Assembly: GCA_046758365.1 (NCBI GenBank)
Contig: JBHIAC010000070.1
Coordinates: 1-16,483 of the forward strand
Length of the DNA: 16,483 nucleotides
Direction of reading: 5' to 3'
From: a bacterium
GTDB lineage: Bacteria; Zhuqueibacterota; Zhuqueibacteria; Oceanimicrobiales; Oceanimicrobiaceae
In this document: positions 8,747-16,483 of the stretch, one piece after another
Numbering within the stretch: position 1 is the first letter of the stretch
Layout of the letters: every line of letters begins with the position of its first letter
The notes under the pieces: generated by a model
Told to the model about the DNA's origin: nothing
Seen by the model: only the letters and a program-made list of their open reading frames with translations
Database searches by the model: none
Made by a program: the position numbers and the translations under genes

Positions 8747-8918
8747 AAATCCAATAAATGGCTTTGGTGTAAAAAGCTAACCTTTTCATAATTTAAGGTT
8801 CAATTTTTTCTTTTGAAAGAACGTTAGCTTTTGAATTGTTTTGCTTTTTACAGTTTACCTATATTTTTGCACAAACGAAAAAATTATTAAGTTAATTTTA
8901 GTAGGAGGTTTTTAGCTG

Positions 8919-10988
8919 ATGCGGCGAAAAAATCTTTTTAAAACATTAATCATTTTGTTGGCGGTAGTATGGTCTTTAATTGTACTATTTCCTACTTTCC
9001 AATTGAACCAACAAAAAAAAGATGCAGAGATATACTATTCAATGATTGAACAGAATACAACTCTCACCCGTAATGAAATTAAAGCTGCGTTAGCTTCAAG
9101 AAACTTGGAATTACAAGTTCGAAACAACTTTAAAGGTACAAATGGTAACAGCATTGATGCTATTTTAGAAGACGTTAAAAAGCTTATCAATTTAGATGAA
9201 AAAATTGTCTATAATGAAACTAAATCAATAAAACTTGGCCTCGATCTCCAGGGCGGGACCTATCTGGTGTATGAAGTTGACCTTCCACAACTACTTCGCA
9301 CCCTTGCAAAGGTAAAAGACAGTCGCATCGAATCAGCACTGAAAAAAACCATCAATAGAGTCCAATCAACGAATGAAGACTTTTTAGATGTTTTACAAAA
9401 AGTTTTTCAAGAAGAAGAATTGCGGCTAAGTCGATATTTTGGAAGTGCCCGTGATTCGGATGATAAAATAATAAGTGAATTAACCAAGGAAGCCGAAGAC
9501 GCAATTGACCGAACTTTGGAAGTGTTAAGAAATCGTATTGACCAGTTCGGAGTTTCGGAGCCTTCCATAACCAAACAAGGTGCTCAACGAATCGTAGTTG
9601 AATTGGCTGGAATTCAGGATGTCGAGCGGGCTAAAGGAATAATCGGTACTACTGCTCTACTGGAGTTTCAATTGGAAAAGGATCCAGAAGTAGTAACCGC
9701 GGTTTTAAGTGATATTAATCGTGTGTGGAAAAAAAAGAGAGCGAAAGAAAAAGGAATTGAAGATCAAGAATTAACAGCAACCAATGCAGATACAATTTCA
9801 TATAAACAAAAAGTAAGAAAGGATACGGAAGTTAGTCTCAGTGAAGTATTTGGAGAAGCCTCTATTCTTGAAGAAAAGGAGAAGACTGATACAACCGCCG
9901 AGGCTGACTCTACCGTTTTGTTAGATCAGGAAGTTTTTCAAGATCGGCCTTTTGATGCCTTGTTGGCAAATGTGGGGGGGGACATTGGTGTGCCTACCAA
10001 AAACGTCCGAACCGTGGAAAGAATAATAAATTCCCCCGAAGTTCAAAAAGTCATTCCCAAAGATTCAGAATTTCTCTTTACTTCCAAACCCGACCCGGTA
10101 GGCGACCAAGAATTTTATAGGCTATATATGGTTAAAAAAGAACCAGAGATAACTGGTGCCATGATTGCTGATGCCCGAGTGCAGATAGGCAGCCAGTTAC
10201 AGGCAGGAAAATCTGTAGTCGGTATGGAGTTAACCGGAGAAGGCGCAAAAATCTTCTCTAAAGTGACTGGAGCCAATGTCGGAAAAAGATTAGCTATTGT
10301 ACTTGATGAGAAAATTGTTTCCATTCCTAATATTCAAGAAAGAATACCTTCCGGACGTGCGCAGATAACCGGTATGGCCAATATCGATGAGGCACGAGAT
10401 TTAGCTATTGTATTACGAGCGGGTGCCCTACCCGCACCCGTGGAAGTAATTGAAGAACGAACCGTTGGACCTTCTCTTGGTCAGGATTCCATTAATAAAG
10501 GAACTTATTCAGCTATCTTAGGTATGGCTTTGGTTGTGATTTTTATGATTGCCTATTATCGCTTGTCTGGGTTCGTCGCAAATATCGCTTTGTTCCTGAA
10601 TATTGTAATTATTATGGCGGTATTAGCAGGATTTCATGCAACTTTAACCTTGCCTGGCGTAGCCGGTATTATATTGACTATAGGTATGGCAGTTGATGCC
10701 AATGTGCTTATATTTGAAAGAATCCGGGAGGAACTAAGACACGGAAAAACCATACGCGCTGCCATTGACAGTGGTTATGCTCGTGCCTTTAAGACAATTT
10801 TAGATGCCAATGTCACAACTCTTTTAACCGCCTTGGTCTTGTATCAATTTGGAACCGGACCTATTCGTGGATTTGCCTTAACCCTATCCATTGGTATTGT
10901 CGCCAGTATGTTCACAGCCATTGTGGTTACGCGAGTAATTTTTGACTATTTCACCGAGAAATTTTCTATAATAAAATTAAGTATTTAA
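8919..10988 (+). CDS. secD: Protein translocase subunit SecD
   Basis: KLGLDLQGG, RNRIDQFGVSEP, LAIVLRAGALPAP, TVGPSLG, GMAVDANVLIFERIREE, ILDANVTT. One N-terminal and five C-terminal TM helices. Confidence 0.98.
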   Translation: MRRKNLFKTLIILLAVVWSLIVLFPTFQLNQQKKDAEIYYSMIEQNTTLTRNEIKAALASRNLELQVRNNFKGTNGNSIDAILEDVKKLINLDEKIVYNETKSIKLGLDLQGGTYLVYEVDLPQLLRTLAKVKDSRIESALKKTINRVQSTNEDFLDVLQKVFQEEELRLSRYFGSARDSDDKIISELTKEAEDAIDRTLEVLRNRIDQFGVSEPSITKQGAQRIVVELAGIQDVERAKGIIGTTALLEFQLEKDPEVVTAVLSDINRVWKKKRAKEKGIEDQELTATNADTISYKQKVRKDTEVSLSEVFGEASILEEKEKTDTTAEADSTVLLDQEVFQDRPFDALLANVGGDIGVPTKNVRTVERIINSPEVQKVIPKDSEFLFTSKPDPVGDQEFYRLYMVKKEPEITGAMIADARVQIGSQLQAGKSVVGMELTGEGAKIFSKVTGANVGKRLAIVLDEKIVSIPNIQERIPSGRAQITGMANIDEARDLAIVLRAGALPAPVEVIEERTVGPSLGQDSINKGTYSAILGMALVVIFMIAYYRLSGFVANIALFLNIVIIMAVLAGFHATLTLPGVAGIILTIGMAVDANVLIFERIREELRHGKTIRAAIDSGYARAFKTILDANVTTLLTALVLYQFGTGPIRGFALTLSIGIVASMFTAIVVTRVIFDYFTEKFSIIKLSI

Positions 10989-11007
10989 ATTTCAGGGGTT
11001 ACTTTTC

Positions 11008-11928
11008 ATGCAATTTCTAGTTAATGCAAACTTTGATTTTATTGGCAAAAGGAGAACAGCTTTAATATTTTCGGTTACATTAATTTTAATCGGTCTGAGT
11101 TCATTGATCTTACATAAAGGTCCTAATTATGGAATTGACTTTTTAGGTGGAACTTCTGTTGAACTACGATTTGAACACAATATTTCCATTGCTGAAGTCA
11201 GAGCAGCCCTATCTAACGTAGGTTTTGGAAAAGCGGAGATAAAGAATTTCGGCGCCTTAAATGAAATATTAATACGGGTTCAAGAGCAGGAAGCTGGCAC
11301 CGAAATCTCTGATGCCATTAAAGCAGAAATAACCAAATCCTTTCCGGATAATCCCTACAACGTCCAATTGGTAGAAAAAGTCGGACCCAAAATTGGCGCA
11401 GAACTCCGAAGGGCGGCTGTCTGGGCTATTCTTATTGCTTTATTTTTTATTTTACTTTACATTAGTTGGCGTTTTGAATTTATCTTTGCCATAGGCGCAA
11501 TCGTTGCGTTGTTTCACGATGTTTTAATCACATTGGGAGTATTTTCAGTACTGAAATTAGAAATTTCTTTAGCTATTATTGCTGCCTTCTTGACCATTGT
11601 GGGCTATTCTTTAAATGATACGATTGTTGTATTTGACAGAATCCGGGAAAATTTAAAAGTACTTAGAAGAGAAACTTACGAGAAGATTATTAACACAAGT
11701 ATCAACCAATCTTTGAGCCGAACAATTGTGACTTCAATGACAACCATGTTAGTAGTCCTGATACTTTATATTTTTGGGGGAGAAGTTATCCATAATTTTG
11801 CTTTCGCACTAATTGTTGGGGTTCTTGTTGGGACCTATAGCTCAATTTTTATTGCTAGCCCTATTGTAGTAGAATGGGAGAAAAGAAGAGAATTAAAGAA
11901 AGGAAGACCCTTTGCCAAGCGGGGGTAA
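11008..11928 (+). CDS. secF: Protein translocase subunit SecF
   Basis: YGIDFLGGT, VGPKIGAEL, ALFHDV, GYSLNDTIVVFDRIREN, LSRTIVTS, GTYSSIFIA. Confidence 0.98.
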   Translation: MQFLVNANFDFIGKRRTALIFSVTLILIGLSSLILHKGPNYGIDFLGGTSVELRFEHNISIAEVRAALSNVGFGKAEIKNFGALNEILIRVQEQEAGTEISDAIKAEITKSFPDNPYNVQLVEKVGPKIGAELRRAAVWAILIALFFILLYISWRFEFIFAIGAIVALFHDVLITLGVFSVLKLEISLAIIAAFLTIVGYSLNDTIVVFDRIRENLKVLRRETYEKIINTSINQSLSRTIVTSMTTMLVVLILYIFGGEVIHNFAFALIVGVLVGTYSSIFIASPIVVEWEKRRELKKGRPFAKRG

Positions 11929-11969
11929 TACTTTCTATTTAAACCGCAACCTTGAGGGAGGTTAATGTC

Positions 11970-12308
11970 ATGAAAATGACTGAGAGATTCTCTAATGGAG
12001 TTGTTATTTTAGAATTGTCAGGCAAAATCATGGGTGGACCCGATGCCACTCTTTTGAATGATAAGCTCCATGAATTAATTGAGGCCGGGAATACTAAAAT
12101 CGTCGCAGACCTCGAAAAAGTAAATTGGATGAATAGTTCAGGACTGGGCATTTTAATCGGCGGCCTGACCACCATGCGTAACAGTGGCGGCGATTTGAAA
12201 CTAGCCAATGTTACCGAACGAATTCAGAGTCTTCTGATGATTACGAAACTACTTACCGTTTTTGAAACGTTTGATTCTGTTGATAGCGCCGTTCAGAGTT
12301 TTGGCTAA
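11970..12308 (+). CDS. STAS-domain anti-sigma-factor antagonist (RsbV/SpoIIAA-like)
   Basis: DLEKVNWMNSSGLGIL carries the phosphorylatable Ser motif; GGDLKLA. Start moved from TTG 11952 to ATG 11970 because the RBS GGAGG is at 11957-11961. Confidence 0.93.
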   Translation: MKMTERFSNGVVILELSGKIMGGPDATLLNDKLHELIEAGNTKIVADLEKVNWMNSSGLGILIGGLTTMRNSGGDLKLANVTERIQSLLMITKLLTVFETFDSVDSAVQSFG

Positions 12309-12348
12309 TCAACCAAGTTAATTTTACAATCTTAAGAACAATCGATCT

Positions 12349-13676
<1,328 letters not shown>

Positions 13677-13804
13677 TCTACCGCTTTCTAAATTTTAATG
13701 AAATATTAGAAGCCTCGATTTATGGGTTATCCCTAAATAAATTTAAAAACTACTCGATTCAAGGAGAATTATCTCCAAATGAATTCGGTCGTCCTATAAA
13801 TATT

Positions 13805-13828
13805 AACCCCCCGGGGTTTTTGTTTTTT
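13805..13828 (+). terminator. Probable terminator between convergent purA and wbqC
   Basis: AACCC-CCCG-GGGTT short GC stem followed by TTTGTTTTTT. Confidence 0.5.
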
Positions 13829-13845
13829 ATAATGGAATTTGTGCT

Positions 13846-14532
13846 TCAGGCATTTGAAATTATTTCATTACTTTTAGGCCCACAATTCAACAGCATGTCT
13901 AAAATGGAAAGATTATATATAAAATCGCCCCAGAGCTGTGGGTATATAGGGGGATGAAAATTGGCGAATCTGACTTGAATTCTGTTACGTTCCATCTTGT
14001 CCAAATTGAGGTACTTTTCAACAACTGGAAAAGTCAAATAAATCTCAGCATTTGATAGTTGACAAATACTAATAAGAAGTTCCGTTCCTTTACCTGTTGC
14101 ACCCAATTCCGACTGTAAGACCAACTCGGTCTTCAGACCTAGCGCATCCCAGAAAAAATGGATTAAATCAACATTTAAATCTTTCAGTAGTTTGTGATCT
14201 TCATTATAAATGGATTCGATAACCGAGAAATATTCATGCACATAGGGCGCGTTGGCATAGTTTTGTTGGATGCTACGCAGATGCTTTTTTTGCCAACCAA
14301 GTTCGTTAAAAATTTCCACTTTACGGATAATCTGCAAGCCGCGCCCTTTTTTATGTACTGGAACCGTCAACCAAAGCTCACCTTGTTCGTTTTTTAAGCG
14401 ATTTCGGTTCATCCAGCCGCGTCCACGGGGGAATTGCACATCATCAAGCAAAATCATACAATCCGCTTTCATAGCCTTGAAGAAGAACCCCGGCCACGGT
14501 AGGAAGATAGGTTGGTGGGTGGTGACGATCAT
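13846..14532 (-). CDS. WbqC-like family protein
   Basis: HQPIFLPWPGFF.K, DDVQF, NRNRL, WLTVPV, NYANAPY, YPQLWGDFIYNLSILDMLLNCG. Confidence 0.92.
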   Translation of the reverse strand: MIVTTHQPIFLPWPGFFFKAMKADCMILLDDVQFPRGRGWMNRNRLKNEQGELWLTVPVHKKGRGLQIIRKVEIFNELGWQKKHLRSIQQNYANAPYVHEYFSVIESIYNEDHKLLKDLNVDLIHFFWDALGLKTELVLQSELGATGKGTELLISICQLSNAEIYLTFPVVEKYLNLDKMERNRIQVRFANFHPPIYPQLWGDFIYNLSILDMLLNCGPKSNEIISNA

Positions 14533-14563
14533 CTTTTTTAGTTAATACAATTTGATTTATGTG

Positions 14564-15058
14564 CTAAAACAATTCTAACTTAGAAGAATCTTTATTTATT
14601 TGATCTTCGGGCAAATCAGGCTGGTCAGCGGCCTGGTTAGCGAGGTAGTCGCAGCGTTCATTTTCACGGGTGCCAACGTGACCACGCGTCCATTTAAACT
14701 CCACCTCATGTTGATCGCACAATTCTAACAACCGTTTCCATAAATCCACGTTTTGGGCCTTTTCTTTTTTATTACGTTTCCATCGGTTAGCCTGCCAACG
14801 CATGACCCATCCATTTTTTATGGCGTCCACTAAATACTGGGAATCGCTGTACAGGGTGACCTGGCATTTTTCTTTCAATGCCTCCAGACCTTTGATAGCC
14901 GCCATAATTTCCATGCGATTATTCGTTGTGTTATTAAATCCACCGGAGATCTCTTTGTGTTTACCCTGATAAATTAAAACCGCCGCATAGCCACCTGGGC
15001 CAGGATTTCCTAGACAGGCGCCGTCGGTGTAAATAGTTACGGATTTAAGTTCACTCAT
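14564..15058 (-). CDS. rnhA: Ribonuclease HI
   Basis: [48 protein letters not shown] active site intact. Confidence 0.98.
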   Translation of the reverse strand: MSELKSVTIYTDGACLGNPGPGGYAAVLIYQGKHKEISGGFNNTTNNRMEIMAAIKGLEALKEKCQVTLYSDSQYLVDAIKNGWVMRWQANRWKRNKKEKAQNVDLWKRLLELCDQHEVEFKWTRGHVGTRENERCDYLANQAADQPDLPEDQINKDSSKLELF

Positions 15059-15152
15059 ATTTATACCTAATTAGTTTTAAATCAATTTTAACCACTTTAT
15101 GATTCTCTGTACTACAAACTTGTAAAAGCTTGTTTTTTTAACAAAGTTTTTT

Positions 15153-15193
15153 TTGGTTGCGGCGCCGCCGCGGTGTGGTTTTCCGTGGTTAAA
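15153..15193. repeat. GC-rich REP-like hairpin element between dinB-like gene and rnhA
   Basis: TTGGTTGCGGCGCCGCCGCGGTGTGGTTTTCCGTGGTTAAA. Contains the GCGGC-GCC-GCCGC hairpin (15159-15171) in an otherwise very AT-rich spacer. Confidence 0.45.
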
Positions 15194-15205
15194 TTTTTTG
15201 TTAGT

Positions 15206-15718
15206 TTAACCACCTCTTATTTTTTTGGTTAAAGCTGGTTCAGTAGCCATTAATCTCTGGTATAAAGTTAATTGTCCGCGGTGGTACATTTCTTGAGCAA
15301 TGCCGTGTTGCAGCCAGGCCAGGCGTGTGCCAAGCTGGCCGTCAAAGCGTTTGATAAGTTGCAGCATGTGCAGCTCACCAACCTCACGAAATTTTTTTTC
15401 TGCGTCTTTAAACTGAGTTCTAAGTAATTTTACAAGTTCGTCTTTGCGATTTGCTTGGTAGGCATCTGACGCATACATGTCAAGCAGCTTCGGCCAGGGC
15501 GCTCGATGGAAATTGGTATCCGACCGCGTCAGTTCGCCGGTCATCATCATGGCGACTTCCAAGATATGTACCACTAATTCTTGTACACTGCGAACTTCTG
15601 GCGTAGGCCTAAAATCGAATTTGTCCGCCGGGATGTTTTCGACTTCTTCAATAATACCCACTCGGGTGTCTTCCCAGGCTTCGAGGGTTTCTTCTAATAG
15701 CGATTTGAATGAAGACAT
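15206..15718 (-). CDS. DinB/YfiT-like family protein
   Basis: DFRPTPEVRSVQELVVHI and HGIAQEMYHRGQLTLYQR. RBS AGGAG at 15729-15725. Confidence 0.9.
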   Translation of the reverse strand: MSSFKSLLEETLEAWEDTRVGIIEEVENIPADKFDFRPTPEVRSVQELVVHILEVAMMMTGELTRSDTNFHRAPWPKLLDMYASDAYQANRKDELVKLLRTQFKDAEKKFREVGELHMLQLIKRFDGQLGTRLAWLQHGIAQEMYHRGQLTLYQRLMATEPALTKKIRGG

Positions 15719-15720
15719 GT

Positions 15721-15804
15721 TTAACTCCTGAAACTATCTCTATACTTAACGCTTTCTTCGTTGAATATTTTGAGCAGATCTTTGAAGTCGGGATTGGCTT
15801 CCAT
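15721..15804 (-). pseudogene. 5' stump of a nucleotidyltransferase (DUF6036-like) gene overlapping the 70-aa gene
   Basis: MEANPDFKDLLKIFNEESVKY-RDSFRS*, with GAGGT RBS just upstream. The first 21 aa fit the recalled N-terminus NPDFKDLL..FN...V.YL(V/I)VGG of this family, but similarity ends just before the glycine-rich motif. Confidence 0.65.
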
Positions 15805-15958
15805 CTTTACCTCGAATCATAAGCCATTCTTTAACCATTTGCCAGGCGGCCGCAAATCGTCCTTGCGCTCCGACTTTTTTCCAAAATTCCAGATCAAAGG
15901 AACGATCCATTTCGCCTCGTTTAATCAGGCGGGACATAATCACTTTTTTGCTGTTCAT
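15746..15958 (-). CDS. Small basic hypothetical protein (70 aa) of the type found upstream of DUF6036-like nucleotidyltransferases; putative antitoxin/partner
   Basis: DRSFDLEFW..VGAQGRFAAAWQMV.E....RG......RLQRS pattern (recalled). Has its own promoter and overlaps the nucleotidyltransferase stump. Confidence 0.75.
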   Translation of the reverse strand: MNSKKVIMSRLIKRGEMDRSFDLEFWKKVGAQGRFAAAWQMVKEWLMIRGKDGSQSRLQRSAQNIQRRKR

Positions 15959-16020
15959 GACTTAAATTCTACTATTTCTCGCGTTTAACTCTATAATTCG
16001 TTTTCACTAAAATTAATATT

Positions 16021-16049
16021 AATATAAGTAAAGCCATTTTTTATTGCAA
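16021..16049 (-). promoter_or_regulatory. Sigma70-type promoter for the 70-aa gene and probably the downstream dinB-like gene
   Basis: Minus strand TTGCAA (16049-16044) - 17 nt - TATATT (16026-16021). Confidence 0.65.
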
Positions 16050-16354
16050 GTAAGTTTTTGTTACCAACAACGGGTGCCATGTTCTCGTTCATCTTTATTG
16101 CCCCTTACGAAGATAAACGAAGTAGTGTCCACGACGCATTTTGTGATGCTAAACCTTTCAAAGTGAAGATCACTGCTGGAAAAAACAGTTAAATTAATTA
16201 AGTAGTGATTGACATTAAAAATCGAGTTTTCGTTCAATCACTAAGTAGTCGGAGGCATTTTAAAAAGGAGACTTTTAGCGCAGATTCGAAGGAAGAAGAA
16301 AATCCACAGCCAACAGATTGAATTGTTTAAATTTATTAAATATAGAAAGCCCAT

Positions 16355-16483
16355 TTACAATTCTACATCCCACTTTTTCTCACCAGAAGAATCCATTAAG
16401 CAATATATCAACGGTTCTGGCTCAGTTTTTTGGTCAACAATTTTAATAGCTTTCTGGATACGATCTTTCATATTTTCTAAAAT
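16355..16483 (-). CDS. 3' end of an unknown protein entering from the right edge
   Basis: Open frame from the window edge: ILENMKDRIQKAIKIVDQKTEPEPLIYCLMDSSGEKKWDVEL*. Protein-like composition, family not recognised. Confidence 0.55.
   Translation of the reverse strand: MLENMKDRIQKAIKIVDQKTEPEPLIYCLMDSSGEKKWDVEL

Noticed and set aside
11952..11969. TTG start at 11952 for the STAS gene
   Set aside because: This stretch contains the GGAGG RBS for the ATG at 11970.
14564..15058. rnhA as part of a retron or retroelement
   Set aside because: No reverse transcriptase or msr/msd-like structure is present; it is an ordinary stand-alone RNase HI.
14194..15988. Plus-strand ORFs 14194..14397, 14270..14545, 15477..15731 and 15761..15988
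   Set aside because: Antisense to wbqC, the dinB-like gene and the 70-aa gene, with no recognisable features.
16061..16320. Short frames in the terminal spacer (for example 16079..16192(+), 37 aa, and a 58-codon minus frame with an SDLHFERF PIN-like snippet)
   Set aside because: No RBS, no convincing family similarity, and lengths compatible with chance.

Overview
AT-rich bacterial chromosomal window. Gene content and order (secD-secF-STAS-purA, DUF5916-like, CHAT-TPR) suggest an FCB-group organism such as KSB1, Calditrichota or Ignavibacteria; this is inference, not a database result. From left to right: the 5' part of a secreted CBM9-like/DUF5916-type gene (-, missed by the ORF track); a rhomboid protease + N-acetylmuramoyl-L-alanine amidase operon (+); a 1116-aa TPR-CHAT protein (-); an unannotated 54-codon ORF followed by glutamate dehydrogenase (+); secD-secF-STAS-purA (+); then a minus-strand accessory-looking run of WbqC, rnhA, DinB, a 70-aa protein overlapping the stump of a nucleotidyltransferase gene, and the 3' end of an unknown gene. 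Most genes are housekeeping, and I see no CRISPR array, tRNA, rRNA or transposase. Best leads: (1) the CHAT domain has lost both catalytic residues, yet the gene is intact, has a strong promoter and appears exported and membrane-anchored (a pseudo-caspase); (2) a two-gene small-protein/nucleotidyltransferase module in which the second gene is deleted almost exactly at the end of the overlap; (3) a near-leaderless small ORF with an ATA start upstream of gdh; (4) a secDF leader with mutually exclusive helices and a 4-codon uORF; (5) a terminator-like hairpin 22 nt before purA. All family assignments come from motif recognition by eye.
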